Assembly: GCA_965637545.1 (NCBI GenBank)
Contig: OZ281501.1
Location: forward strand, 17,484,001 to 17,548,000
DNA length: 64,000 bases
Direction of reading: 5' to 3'
Source: Phallusia mammillata
Lineage: Eukaryota
Below, one piece after another: positions 50,301-64,000 of the stretch (its first letter is position 1; each line of letters begins with the position of its first letter). The notes below the pieces were generated by a model, which searched no databases, was not told the DNA's origin, and saw only the letters and a program-made list of their open reading frames with translations. Both the position numbers and the translations under genes were made by a program.

Positions 50301-53300
50301 TGCTTGATTACCGAGTAACAGATCATCTTGTCCTAACATGCCCGTCCAGAGTTGTAAATGGCCTTGAAACCACAGCCCAGACCAGGGCTGTACCCGAAAG
50401 TACAAGCTCGAAACCCGGCTCTAACCCGAATCGTTTTTGAGAAGCCCGTTTAGGCCCGAAAGTTTGATTGACAGGTCTATACATTGAAGCCTGAGAACAG
50501 ACCAAGACAACAAACACAATAGACAATAATAGACTATTGGTCGTGAACATGGCGTTTTAGAGCTGTCTGACATTGAGTTTGTTCCAGCAACTGACTACTT
50601 AGCCAGTTGAATTTATTCAAAAAAACACTGACACAGAGTGTAAAGTTAGGTCCGAATCAAGCCGTTTGTTCAGCAAAACCGTTCAACAAGCCCGAACCCG
50701 AACCGGGCCCGAAAAGCCCGGGCCGGCTTACAACTCTGTGCCCTTCAACCAAAGTGCAAGGTCGTTATCGCACAGTACATGAATGCGATGACTGGCTTCA
50801 ACATACATCCGATCAAATTTAACTTTTTGGACGAAAACCTCACGAAAATATAAATGTGTCCATATATACCGAGGAACGGAGACTTTCAATTTCGACGGTG
50901 ATGGTTTGAATCTGTCGCCTTGCATCGTTCACTTCGCTCTTCGAGGCTTTTCCGCTGTTTGATTCTTCCCTGAGCTGGTTGTTAAGATCTGCAATCTGAA
51001 AAACGTGTTGTTGACATCAATCAAGGTGCTTAATATTGGGTTAAACGTTGCCAATACAGCCAACAAAATAAATTGAACAACACACAACAGATCTACGCGG
51101 CAAAACTTTCGTCGCTCAAGTAATAAGTACTAGTTGACTTGTAACTAATAGCATCAGAATTTTTTTGCATCAGTACGTGTCATAGGCATTTTGCGTGGGT
51201 GTAGTTATAACCGCGAATACCACCTACACCTAATTATTGGGTGTTTTTTATTAACCCTAATCGTATGCAGCAGCACTTCTCAATTAGTGGGCCATAAATG
51301 GGCAAATGAATAATGAAGCCAGGGGTAAGTTTTGCGGTTTTGATCAGGTTTAAGTGTTGTTCATGGGTACTTCCTTTGCTTATTACTTCCTGTGCTGTTA
51401 AGGAAATAAGTAGAACTTGCATCATAACCAAACTGCACCATGACTCGAATTAATGGTCTTACGAAGATGATTAATTTGAAGCGCTAGAAACGTATCAAGG
51501 TATTTTACGTTCGTGGTGTTATTATTATAGGGAATAACCAGGGTTTTCTTGTATTTTGATGGTCTTTTACGCCGGAAGTTTCGCTAAAACTTCAGGGAGA
51601 CCGTTTTTAACAAGTTAACTTGGGTAGCCAACTAAACTCTTTGTCATACGATAAAAATACGAACAGCAACAAGTTTTTTGGGCCGTATCCAAAATACTGC
51701 GTCCCACAATTTCTACATATATATTTCGATAACCGTTTGTTTGCAAGCGTATTAAAATCATAATAAGATGCAGATAAGTTAAAAAGTTTACACTGAGGCA
51801 AATTTGAACTTGTTGTAAGCTTTTTAAACGTAAACCCAAGTGACCTAAACTTAATTAGCTAAATAGCTAATGAAAAAACTAATCTTATAATGCAACATTG
51901 GGTTGATGCATAATTTTAGGATGATGTAAAAGCCTTAGGATAAAGCAAGATTGAGGATTACGTGGCAATATTGGACTGGTTAGAAAACAACATATAATTA
52001 ACCGACCACAGGGTTTTGTATTCTTAGGGATCTTTAACCTTGTTCTTGTAGAACTGTTCAATCTCGATCTTGTTGCTATTTGTCAGTTTGTCGTAAGCCC
52101 CTCTGATATCCCTCAGAGATTCAGACAAATCGGCCACAGAGCCATCGACGACCACCTCCGAAGTTCCCATCGCTTCCAGTTGTTCCATAAGGGCACGAAT
52201 GTCCTGAAATAGCAAATAGGGGATTTGCAATTGAATTTGAAAAGAGAGTTTTTATACGCGACGCGACATAATGGGCTTTGTGTAAAATCGTGAAAGGTTT
52301 TTGCCCTGTTGTGGTTGTTGTGCTTCTGTAAGTCAACATTTCCCCTTATTCCACGCAGAAAGCGTTTCCATGTGGCGTATTTGGCTTGTAGTACGTTGAG
52401 AAACAATACATCGTAAAGCTTAACGTATAGTAAAGCGCTCCAAAACGGCACCAAAGTTGTGGTAGATTTTGCATTGTAGACTACTAGGCCACATAATCTT
52501 TATCAGCAAACAGTTGACCCGTCATGTAAACGACTGTTTGGGTAACTTTGCCGCATACTATGTTCATCCAACATGCAGTTTATGTTGTTGTGATTGAATA
52601 TTTAAACGTTTTTCTTTACCATTTAAATCTATTATGAGTGTTACAACAACAGTCTTGACTGCGTGGTTTGTTGTTGGACAATCTTTTTCAGTTTAATATC
52701 ATTAGTATATGGCGCGTTGGTGAACACTGTCCTAAGAATAAAACACGTGTTATGTTTTCACTGAAGAATCAGTTTCCTTGAACGTTTAAAATTTATCTTA
52801 TGTTGTGAAACTTATTTAGAAACATTCTTAACCTCGTCTGATGAACGTCGAAGCAAATCCAATTCCTCTCTTAGAGTCTCGACTTTTGATTCCAACTCGA
52901 CTCTGCTCAGAGTAGCGAGATCCACATCCTTGCGAAGCGACTTAGCTTCATCCTCGGCTTCGATGCGGTAACCGCTTTCTCTGTCGAGCCTGTGAAGCAA
53001 AAAGCATCAACATTTGTGGTTTATGCCCATCTGTGGCTTCGAATAGGATTGATGGGCATGTTTTTTTAGGCTGTTGCTCCCAACAAACTGGAGTGCTGTT
53101 AAGTGACCAAATTTGGACTTGGTTTGTCAGACGTTTTGTGATGGACGATTACTTTTTCGTCAAATGGCCGTTTAAATTAAACCATTTTGGCAAATACGTT
53201 CTTTCTGGACCTCTGTCTATAAGTGATGATTTTCTTCTCAAAACTTGTTGAATATTTTAGAATGTTTGACTGTTCTTTGTTCTTCTGGTTAGCTTAAAAA

Positions 53301-56300
53301 TTCAAAAAGCGACACAGGAAAAAAATATGGCACAGCAAAGTAATCATATGAATACATTCTAGCGGAAAAAGGGTCATTTAGCAGTAAATGGGCCGACAAA
53401 AGAAAAATCTTTAACACCTTCTGTAGGCTGGGGCACTCTGTCTGTTTTGTGTTTCAAAGGTCATCAAATTAGTTGCAATTACGCCACTGTAGGGGGGTTT
53501 CACTGAAGGGAAGCAAATATTTTGGGAAACATATTTGCCTAAGTCATGCTTTATTCGGACTTTACGTTTTTACCGCTTTTTGTGGTCGTCCAAGTCCATG
53601 CAGCAGTTGTCAAAATCGATTTCGAGCTGGGTTTTCTCCAACACAATTCGTTCCATCTCTTTCTGCAGCTTGTGGAGCTGAGCTTCATACATTTCACATG
53701 CTCGACTCGGTGTTCCTCGTTTTGCCTCAAGCTGTAAAATAAAAGCGGGCCTTAAGAACATCCGATTTTTTGTGAATTGTCTTGGACCGTATCATATCGT
53801 TTTGTCAAACACTAATTGTGTAACGAGCGTCTAATTGTGTGTGTGTTGATTGGTTTAGCCTACAAATAATTAGTGTACTTTCATGCTTACAACACGAAAG
53901 CTCGTGTCTTTATGGCAGATCTATCATTATCCAAGGTTTAATACGATTATTTTTTACTTATTTGCTATTGTTGTCAGTGTAGTGTATTATAAGTTGGAGG
54001 TCTACTCAAAAATTTAACGATAGGATGTAACTTAGACATCAAAACCTCCCGACGTTTTTGTGAAAATGTCTTTGATGAACGTAACGTAACACTTTGTCAA
54101 ACGTGCATATTGATTATTCAGCCTAAATGGTCTGTGTATTTTAAAACTTTAACACGAAAGCTCGTGACTTTATGGCAGATCTAGCATTCAGTATCCATGG
54201 TTTAATACGATTATTTTTCACTATTATTTGGTGATACCACAACCAGTATGGTGGATTTTGAGCATGGGGGTACGCACAAAATTTACAACTATATGGTGTA
54301 GATTTTAAAACAGAAAAGGGCAAGTTAGTTGAATATATTTGAATATAAGGACTTCATGGCGTTTGAACGTCGCTAACCTCAAATCAAAGTGTGGTTTAGT
54401 TTCGCACGTGCACACTACGCGACTTCGTTTCAAATCTGCAAACCGAAACGAACTCAGTAAAAATAAGGTGATAACAGCTCGCTCATAGTAATGTCAATTC
54501 GGAAAAGCTTTTTTTAGTTCTTTGAGCTTCTCACGCTTTGTTACGTCTCAAGGACTTTAGACTTCAATTTTCACCACGGGTGGTTTCTTTTGAAAAAAAA
54601 ACAGAACGCCCGTTTTCTTCCTACTTCCTACTAGACCGAAAATAATTCTTGGAAATATCGTAATTTCTTGTTTGTTTTTTAAACCTTTAGGAGGGTGTTC
54701 AATAGAAAAAAAAACGATTTTAATTAGGAAAGTGCTATTCTCCAAAAAAAGATAAGTAATAGGTTGCACTATACCACGTCCTCATGGAAATTACGCTACT
54801 TTTTGGTTTGTATTTGTTAAGTATCATGCGCTGCATTGTACCTTATGTCTGATTCTGTTTCTATATTCCAAACCATAAACGGTTTGCAAAAAAGTCAACA
54901 TAGTCATGTAAAGCGCCATTTGCCGAGTTAACATCATAAATCAAACTGCGATAGTGCGGTTATCGCTACTACTTGACCATGTGTGTGTAACGTTGTCGTG
55001 TGATAACCCTGTAGCGGAACAGTTCCTTTCATGTTGTCAGGTAACTGATGCTTTTCTAGGTAATTTTAACTGAACTTTTTTAGAGCCCTTGTTTGCAGCA
55101 AGCACTACTCACTGTAAAATATCAAATTGTAAGAATAGGAAAACGTTTGCACAGCGAGTGGAAATGTTGCGTTTAAATCAATTAACCTAAATCGAAACTT
55201 CTGATGGATAAACACATAGGTGTGTGGTAGTATAAAGAAGCAGCGGTTTTTCAATCATTGGCCGTTTGTATATCTTTTACCAAATTGCGTTGTACGCTGG
55301 CACCCCATAATAACAAACCACCTAATACCTAAGTGTTTTTCATCAGCACGAAAGTAGCTAAAAACATTTTAGGCGCCAATAAAGGTGAGAAAGCTATGCT
55401 GCTTTCAAATTATTCCCCATGTTACACAATGGATCGTAGTTGACAAACTGACCGGCCCACGCAATAAAAATACACAGGCCGTGGGCAAGCATATCGTTTA
55501 TTAATCGTACAGCAATATAGCAAACTAACAGTGAATGTTTGGAGTAGCGATTGATTTATCGTTTCGCCGTAGACTCGACAGTCGGCAAATATTAGCCTCG
55601 TGGCCTCCCAAAATTGCCCTTAAGATTCGGCGAATACACACCAGAAAGGGGCGTGTTGCACACTATATCGGTGCAATGAATAACGGTAACTTTGACTTAT
55701 TGTGTGGAAATTTCATGTTATTAACCAGATTGGGCCGGCATTGGCTGTTGCGTGCGCTTGCGTAGGCAGCTGAATTTGATAAGCATTCTTGCTTGTTGAG
55801 AACTTACCGCAAACGTTTTAGGTGACATTTTGTTGTCAATTGTCACGTTATGTAACAAAGGTAGTTCTTTTTTGCCCGTGTTTTATTCTAGTAAAAGTCA
55901 GCAGTAAAAGGCGTAACTTAAACGTTTTTCGTGCACCTTACTGCTAACTATTTGTGTACAGGCACAATAATTGGGCACCAAAGTTTGTCTGTATGTTGTA
56001 AAGGTGTAAGTTTTGTTTTATCCTTTTTGTTCCTAACTGAACAGTGTGCCAGGCAAGAGTTTTATATCATTCCAAAAACATTAATTAAATCCAGTAAATT
56101 TTTTCAACAAAATTTCAAAAAGTGCGTTGCTTTTATCGGTGTTGTGTGAAAATCATAGCTATCACTGGTACAGAGGTAGATTTTCCGTAGCAAATCCTTT
56201 GAAATGAGCAAACTCAATACACAGGCGATGTGGTGCTAAATATGACTATACACTCTCTTCAACCAAGCCCCATTCATTGCTAATGGGCTTGACATTTAGA

Positions 56301-59300
56301 AAGTCAACAACAACGGCCGGCGTACCTGTTTGACTTTCACTTCCAAGGTTTTGTTCTGAATCACCAAAGCCCGGACTTTGTCGATGTATGACACAAAACG
56401 GTCGTTAAGACAACCCAGTTCAGCTTTTTCTTCCGCTCTCGTGCTGATAAGACCTGGGGTCATTTCTAGACCGTCATTAACTGTCACCCTTGTCACGCTT
56501 GCTTCAACCCCGCCCGATCCATAGCTGTTTGAAAAAGGAATTTAGTTGGGAAATTGTATATTTAGAACTCTAATTGGGTCTATGAAACGTATACAGCGGT
56601 CTATAATGCAAAAAGGATTCCAAATAGAAGGTAATAAAACGCGGGCATTAAGTTGGTAAATTTGTAAACACGGGTCAGCTACTAAAGTGAGGCAACTTTC
56701 GTTTTGTTGTATATTGCACACTTTACAAGCTGGTTATTTATGTACTGTTAAACTTTTTGAAATCATCAAACGAGTGGCTGAGTAAAATAACGCTACAAGT
56801 TTGGTGTGTTATTTTTTGTCTATCAACATAACAGTTTTTCTATATTCAAAAAAGCAATAACAACACGACTTTGTGTAAAGTGATGGACGGTAACAAACAT
56901 CTACAATCTTCCCTGTCAAAACCGTCGAAGTTGATCTTCGTGTTAAAGATCGTCTGCAGGTTTTATATCCTGTGTATGATTGACATCAGCCAATGTCAAA
57001 ACACTTGCGTGCATTTGAAACATTTGTCTCACATATGCGTGACAACCATCCCAACAGAGGAATATATGCACTTGTTGCTTTTCCATATGCTCTCAATTAC
57101 CATAAACTACACCCTATTTAATGGTTAACAACATACATTATTTTCCGTACAGCGGTAATACCAAACTTTCAATTGGGTTTCCATCTTACCATTTAGGCCC
57201 CATACACAATTGTTTTCACATTTAGCTGGACAAGTTTGTTAAGTTGATTTGATTCATATGAACAATCCAAACAAACTTTAAAGTTTTCGTTGTTTTTTTA
57301 CACCACGAAAAAAGGGTCCATAAATAGTATTTTAGTACAGTTGAAACAGTAGCATATTCTACGTGACTGGTATTGGTTTAAATTTCTCCATATTTCTTTC
57401 TTCGACAACAGGCTATTACGTTTAAGAGAAAATGCTTGAATGTCTTTACTATTTTCGCGCCCCAACCGTGGTGGGTTAAGGTTATATAACCGCGACATTT
57501 AGGGTATTAAAACCCACACAATGTCTAGTAGACGGGGGCTGTCATGTGGTGACGAGTATTTCTTATTTGACGGGAACCCTGGAGATTTAGGGTGGGGTAA
57601 CAACGCCTGAACTTAAGTCCCATACCATCAGTATTTGACAACAACGGGCTTTTTGACATTTCAAATTGTCTCCCGCCGTCAAATGGTGATTCATACAGCT
57701 GTTAAACAGCGGGTTGCGTTACCGAGTGATAAAGGGGGTCCTCTATTGATGTGCAGTGACCTTTTCCTTATGAAAAGACCTAAATAATTTGCTTGAAGTG
57801 TCATTGTGTTTGTGACAGTGATTGGCTTGTGCAGTAATCAAATCTCGATTGATGGGAAAACACTGTTGTGCTGTTGGTGTCTTTTCTGCTGACGCGGCGG
57901 TCTCTGGTCCTTGTGGTCACGAAATGTCATGCGGGTAACTTAAACTGCTGAAGTTTTGCATTTCTGTTTACCAGTCGGTTCAAACTGGGTTGACTTGGGC
58001 GACGTTGAAAAGTCTGTTTATACAAGTACAGCGAAAATCGTGGTTGTTCTAAATGTAGATATTTAAATGTAGATGTGTTACTAGTACTTGTACATTGTCC
58101 CCACTAAAAAATAAGACCAATTTTAAGTAGCTATTTGCATCCACTAGTATTGTTTGCTGTTATCAAACAGTTTTTGATTCCGTTTCAACGTCGTACGTAG
58201 CTGATGTAAGCATTTATTTAACTGATTTTTTTACAGTTGGCAAAAACACGCTCGTGTTTCAGTAAAAAATTTAGTCAATGCATTTTTCAATGTCTTTTAA
58301 AAAGAAATGAAATATTCGCCAGAGGCCAGTTATCCGAATAAATTCAAACTACTTTCAAATGTTTTTCCTTGTAGTATTGGCCATTGCAGGCATGGGTTAT
58401 ATTGGTTGTTGCTACTCCAACTCTAAGGTGTTTCTTGCATTCCGTTACGGTTACTTTAACGTGAAGTGCCCAATAAGCAAAAGACTCAACAGCCGTAGCG
58501 TAACGACTAACCCGCAAAATCTGGTAATTGCGACCCTGCTCCTTATTAGAGCAAATTTTAGAGCTGGCAAAATATGTTGGACTTTTCTTTACACTGCATA
58601 AACGGCGTGGGCATGTGAAAGTCTATTGCCCTTAATTTTTTTGCGTTTCTGTGGTTCTTTCTTTTCACTTTTTTATCATATTTAATACACCTTTTATGTA
58701 AAAATAATAGATATGAAGCAGTTAAAGGAGCAATGCTCGCTTGATAACGGGCGAATAACTCATCTAGAAAGTTAAAATTTTTGTCCGAACTTGAAGCTAC
58801 CAGCCAGATCGTTAGAAACCGGCATTAAACTTTCCAATTACTCGATGGATTTCATTTACAGTGCGGAACTTTTCCAGTTTTCCAGGGTGTCTTGTTTATT
58901 CACGTGTGCTTTGTGTTGTAGTTAAACAGGAGGGACGCTAATCGTAGCGATTCTGTTTGTTTTCTGGGAGTTGCCGCCTATGGATGTCGCGACTAAATCA
59001 AAACTAGTTAAATATTGAACACAACTTCGGCATTGAGCTAAGAACGAACCCTGCAAATGTCACCAGGTGTATGCTAAATGACCTTCTGAGTTTCATTTGT
59101 GTTTTCTATGCCTTATAATACCGCGGTATTCGTTTGACAAGCTTACACAACAATGGCATTTGAAAGCAATTGATGGCAAATAGTTAAGTCAATTTTATAA
59201 ACTTTTAAAGCGTTGGTCACGTAGAAATTCATGCAAAACACAACGTACTGGGTGGTTTTACGTTTTTTGTCTTTAAATGAAAATATTAAGTCCTACTCAT

Positions 59301-62300
59301 ATTTACAAATTGGGTATTGTCTAAAGTGATTTGGTTTGGATAAGATACTGATGATGCCTATTCCTTAGGTGAAATATATATATATCTAAACATAAAAAAC
59401 GGTGGATGACTTCAGACTTTTTAAAGTTTTCAGTCTGTTGTTTGAAGAAGTGCTTTTAACAATACTTTCGTAAAAATAGATTGAAGAACACAGATTTATT
59501 TTGGTCACTAACGCACAGGAACTACAAACAGGACAAGCGGTTGTTTTCTGCTAAAGTTTTGAAACAGGATAAAGTTTCGCTTTTGTTTTGCTCAGGATAT
59601 CTGTATGGAAGTCTAAGATTTCCTTGCAAGTGGACTTAGTGACCGGTGTTTGATTGTGACTGAGGAAATATAAACTGTGTACTTCCTGTTTGGGTCTTAT
59701 TAGGACTGTTTTCCTCTTTTTAAAATTTAAGTTCCCGAAACGTTAGAAACTTAGTATTATAAACCGCACACATTATACATAGACTGTTTTTCTACAAGGT
59801 TTTAGTGGTTCATTATCACTGTATTAATTTTCGAAAATTATTGACCTTCTTGCGATTTGAAAAGTCTTTTACTTTTATCTGGTGCTAGTCTGTCAGTTAA
59901 TTTTGCTTTGGCGTTAAATCTATGGCAGACAGACTGCGTGATTGGTCTGCAAATAGCACGTGATTACACAGGTACCAATCACGACAGACTTCACCAGAAA
60001 AGCTAAGCAGCCTTGCAGCTATACTGCGCCACACACCACGCTCAACAACACGTATTGATTCGTTCAAAACAAAAAAATCGTTGGAAAACGAATTTTATCT
60101 CCAGTCGTGAAGCTCATTCTGAAGGTCATGGCTAAATTGCATTTTGTTTGGTATATCTCGTGAAACCGGATTCTCACCTTCTGTATGCGTTCCTGTATGT
60201 TGCAGATCCTCCACTATGTGGGGAATACCCCATACTGCGAGAGCGGTTTCCAAAACGAAGCTGGTAGCTTGATGCGACTGGGGATGACTTCGACATGCTT
60301 CGGTATTCTAAATCAGATCTTGTCGTTTAAAAAGAGAAATTCAACTCAAACCTAAACTGAGGCATTAAGATGTTTTTAATTTTGATTAGAAAAGAGCTAA
60401 TGCTTCTTTTTTGATTAAGTTTTTAATTTTAATGTGACCGAAAGATTTTAGTTTCACTATCTAAAGCTGCAGAAAAATAACAAGCGGGGTGAATACAAAT
60501 ACACCTAATTTGCTTTAAACATTTCACCTACAGGCCTACACCTAACACATGCCCATTTGGCAATCCACGATGAAAATGTAAGAGCATTTTCTATGCTATA
60601 AAAACTCACATTTATATAGATGTTAGTAAGCATTAAGTTTATGCCCAGACTTGTTGGTTATAGTCTATCGCCAGTACACGGCTCATAATAGTCGTTGTGG
60701 TACTAAGTGCAATAACGCTCTGAAGTCGCTACTATACCAGTTTATTTATCGTTATCATTTCAAGGCAAATTTACGTTTTATTCATTCAAACCACAATCTT
60801 ACCTGTGCTGGATGCGGTGCCACTGCGCGTTGCCGAACTGCTACTGCTGCTACTTGTCGTCACCGTCTTCTGAACGGTACGAGACGAAGCTATTGGGACA
60901 CAAGACGATGGGTGAGAAAAAGGCAAAACAGCTTGGGTTCATATGACATAGAGCAGGTTCTCAAACTCAATATAATAGGAAAAGCTAAAATTTAGCAGAT
61001 AAACATCAATCCTTATTGCTCATAAAAGTTGTTACCATATCATTGACTTATACTTCAACCACCATGAAACTGAATAGATGATGGACGGTACTATCAGACT
61101 CAACCACGCGTATAGGCATAACCAGGCATAAAATGGCATTTGCCAAAAAACTCAAACATAGTCGTATTGTAAAAGCAATATGCTGTTACAATAATAAGAC
61201 AGCAACTGGATTGCTGTATTCTAATTGTTTCAGGTCAATGTCTTGTCACCAGCAGCACCGATGGGGTCTTATAGGTAGAAACAGTGTACACTGTGTGCAG
61301 CAAATCGTATAGGTTTTGCACCATGTAGATATAGGCGTATTCGGACCGTTGTCGTATGTGCGGTCTGCAATAGACTACACAACGCTACAGTTAAATGAAA
61401 ACTGCTGAAGCGAAGCTTTGGTGACAGCAGTGAAGTAATTGTCGATTCGCAGACCTAGTTGAATTTATCTGCTATTGTTAAGAACGATAGCGCACAACTC
61501 CACTGGGTAGAGCCATGTTTGTATGTAGTAATTGAATAGCGCTTCTTTTAACTTGATTTCTTTGGGACGGTTTTTAACAGGCTTATGATATAGTTGAAGA
61601 CATTTTTTTCAAAAATTAGTAAAAAGCGCCTTTGGAACATACTTTGTATTCTCGTTGTTACTGTTGAACGTTGTCGCTGTACTGTGATTTTCAGAGTCGT
61701 GTGTTTGAAGGATGATTAGGGAAACAATGTTAGTTAACCAACGCACCTTGTATAGTCAATATTGTGCATGTAAACCGACACGTAAGGCGGGTTCTGCAAA
61801 CTGCTTACTTCACAAAACTGTGATAAAAACCTTTCAAATTGCTAAGTAACAACTTGGAACTTAATTCAAGCCATATTTATGCAGTTAATGCAAATCAAGC
61901 GATCCCTACGCGCTATGTCGAAGTTGGTTTATAATCTGGACAGAGCTTTTTAATCAACTGTCTTTGAAAGGTCTAAATGCACAAACATGTCATAAAAATC
62001 CAAAGCCATGTTATTATGATTGCCACGATGTCGATTTACGAATTAATCAATCCTTAAGCAGTTCCTAACCTCAACGCATTGTTCGTATATTACACCGTAA
62101 GTACTTAATACGCTTCACGAATCAACAAAACATATCACAATGCCAGTGAACATGTTTAACGAAGGCACAATGTAGAGATTTGATCAGCTTGCAGAGTTGC
62201 TTTCTTAACAGTTGTGTGTCGCGCTAAAATTTTGGGCAGGTTTTTCGACCGGCATAGCAAACGAAGGTCCTAAATGTTACGATGCGCGCTTGACTCATAG

Positions 62301-62714
62301 CAAACAAAACATTGATGCAGTTTTTAAACACCTGATGTACATTGTAACACTATATACAGATCTGAAGTTTAATGATGAAAGTAACGGCTGAAATAGACGT
62401 TAAAAGCGACATGCTTTTTGCTCAAACGTTGCAGCAAATGCGCATGTGATATGAAGGGCCACATCGGTTCATATCCAGAATCACGTAAAAGATTGACAAA
62501 AACACACGTTTGAACAAGTAAGCATGTCGCTTTTTACGTCTCTTGTGTCGTTATTTATATCATTAACCCTGACATACACAGTGTACATGCGTATGTTAAA
62601 CGTAGCAGATGTTTACGACTTAAAAAAGTTAATGACTTGCAATACGTTTACAAAGCTGCACGTCTCTAAAAACTTAAGAAACAGCAAAATTGCACCTTCT
62701 AGTTGTTGTTCCAT
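47365..62714 (-). CDS. Cytoplasmic intermediate filament protein, chordate short-coil-1b type (type III-like tunicate IF)
   Basis: Exons 62714-62696 (MEQQLE, tentative, weak donor), 60889-60803, 60307-60178, 56524-56326, 53731-53574, 52989-52833, 52203-52039, 50995-50870, 50218-50138, 49659-49520, 49094-49009, 47456-47365, all phase-consistent. Rod start [21 protein letters not shown]12 [18 protein letters not shown], rod end [23 protein letters not shown], tail KKVVTVETR. Ser/Thr-rich head; no lamin Ig tail. Confidence 0.93.
47552..47673. repeat. Long near-perfect inverted repeat (about 52-bp arms) in the last IF intron
   Basis: caaagtactgatgtatacagaatacatcatgca-t-acgtttcaacaatctctg [15-nt loop] cagagattgttgaaacgt-tagc-tgcatgatgtattctatatacaccagtactttg. 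Confidence 0.9.
47727..47955. repeat. Tandem duplication, about 120 bp x2
   Basis: Two copies of ...acaaagcatag..atacgggcgttt.ggc.t.aacc.atgcctt...aattgggctaggg..tttatacgaa.agttagaaacata. Confidence 0.85.
49195..49438. repeat. Tandem duplication, about 133 bp x2
   Basis: aatcatgt(a/g)aaatgattgcaggcaatgt ... agagccttat(t/c)gtatag at 49195 and 49328. Confidence 0.75.
50347..50738. mobile_element. hAT MITE, 392 bp, in an IF intron
   Basis: TIR CAGAGTTGTAA / TTACAACTCTG; 8-bp TSD tgcccgtc / tgcccttc; subterminal GCCCG/CCCGAA repeats. Confidence 0.85.
53891..54228. repeat. Dispersed direct repeat, about 72 bp x2, 260 bp apart
   Basis: aacacgaaagctcgtg(t/a)ctttatggcagatcta...tatcca(a/t)ggtttaatacgattattttt at 53891 and 54151. 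Confidence 0.85.
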
Positions 62715-63112
62715 TCTGTGTCTTGCAAAACGATTCGGATTTTTCGGCGTTGAAGTTAGCACTGGGAAAGACGTGAATCCAACAGGCATACACAACCACC
62801 TAACAGTGAGAACATACAGCGAGCAGATTGCTTGAGGTTTAGGCGGGGTCTTTATGTGCGCTCAAAGTTAATGTATAACAGTGTGAAGAGAAAAAGCAGA
62901 TCTTTTGTGAATCCACAGAGCGAGAGGCGGGCAAACAGTATTGTGCGAACGCCGTATACGGTCTTGTGGTTCATTGGAGGCGTTGTGTGTTTTGTTGGAA
63001 AACGTGATCATGGTCAACTTGGTCGCTATTTGGAAAGCCTAACTGGCATAGAAATGGTAGAAAAACGGACTGGATTTGCTATAACGCCCTCTTGCGGATC
63101 TGGCGCACTCTC

Positions 63113-63119
63113 ATTTATA
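63113..63119 (-). promoter_or_regulatory. Possible TATA box of the IF gene
   Basis: TATAAAT on the minus strand about 400 bp upstream of the tentative first coding exon. Confidence 0.35.
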
Positions 63120-64000
63120 AACAGTATGAGTGAGTCGTTTTTATTGGCCAGCACAAATGCTCTGCTAACGCCGACGCAACTGGCCTATACAAATCTCTTG
63201 CCAACCTCCTATTCTAAGACAAAGAACACAATGTATATTTGAAGTGATTGAATTAAGTTGTGGGTAAACACATTCATGCTTGTTTTGCAAATACACCTTG
63301 AAATTTATAGACAGAAGCCACATGTTTGTTCTAATTTACTACACATGTATAATTCTTCATCATGATATTTTAGGTGTGCAAATACCTTTTAAAGTATCTT
63401 TGTTCCACATACACCACTGCGATGTGGTATTACCTGGTTTTGCTGTTCTTCTTATCCGAGAAAACGTTGAAAGTTATAAAAAGGTGTAGGAATTCTCCCA
63501 GATCTGAAAATGATTCGGTCACCAGTTTGCTTTACCAAACGCCTAATCAAAAAATCACCTTAACATCATAAAAAATAATCATTTATTCAACACTGGGGAT
63601 ACTAAATCCACGACACGAACTAATAATTATACGAAACTAACTCAATATATGCTCTCGTAAATGCAACTTCTACATATTATTGCAAGAATCTATACAAGCC
63701 CGAACTTTACTTATGTAGCTTATCTGCTGTAAATGCCTAAATATCCTGCTAGCAAGCTTATTTGACAGTGGATGGCAGGTACTTGAAGACCTAAAGTAGC
63801 ATTGAAAATCCCTTCAAGAGCATCTTAAGTGACCCTTTGACAAGATTCTTTCCCAATATCGTTCATTTCAACTTGCGTTATAACGACTAGGTCAGTGGTT
63901 CCCAATCTGCATTGACGAATTTCTCCATTACAACAATTCAAAACGTTTTCTTTCCTTCCTAATAGACTACAAAGTAGATGCTAAACCATTCAAAAATCAA

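Noticed and set aside
57955-58015. Possible extra IF head exon [14 protein letters not shown]
   Set aside because: Phase 1/1 does not fit between the phase-2 junction of exons 60307-60178 and 56524-56326.
1-64000. CRISPR arrays, rRNA, tRNA, telomeric arrays and conserved miRNAs (let-7, miR-1, miR-124, miR-133, miR-184 checked by eye)
   Set aside because: None found; only partial chance matches.

Overview
Intron-rich, AT-rich eukaryotic DNA, most likely an ascidian/tunicate. This is inferred from a chordate-type short-coil-1b intermediate filament gene, small introns, recurrent TGACGTCA/TGTGATGTCAC motifs and a Ciona-like spliced-leader 16-mer. All recognisable genes are on the minus strand. 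They are the 5' part of CDC6 (runs off the left edge), a complete 17-exon PIDD1 (about 925 aa) and a cytoplasmic intermediate filament (IF) gene at about 47.4-62.7 kb. The apparent gene desert at 14-47 kb, which the ORF track misses because of short exons, holds a co-oriented cluster of small secreted-peptide precursor genes. Three can be fully assembled by hand (A 15.9-16.5 kb, C 28.1-30.2 kb, D 39.8-40.8 kb), each with a signal-peptide exon ending at a phase-2 intron and basic cleavage sites. There is also an orphan exon (B, 18.9 kb) and a weaker candidate (E, 14.9-15.6 kb). D encodes a 27-residue peptide with G4/F6/T7 followed by Gly-Lys, the architecture of secretin/PACAP27/PHI. A and C carry glucagon/GLP-like F-x-x-W and PTH-like motifs plus an unusual two-Cys tail. 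Other features are hammerhead-ribozyme motifs of probable Penelope-like origin, hAT and Tc1/pogo MITEs with TIRs/TSDs, minisatellites and a long palindrome. Exon models and homologies were derived by eye, with no database search.
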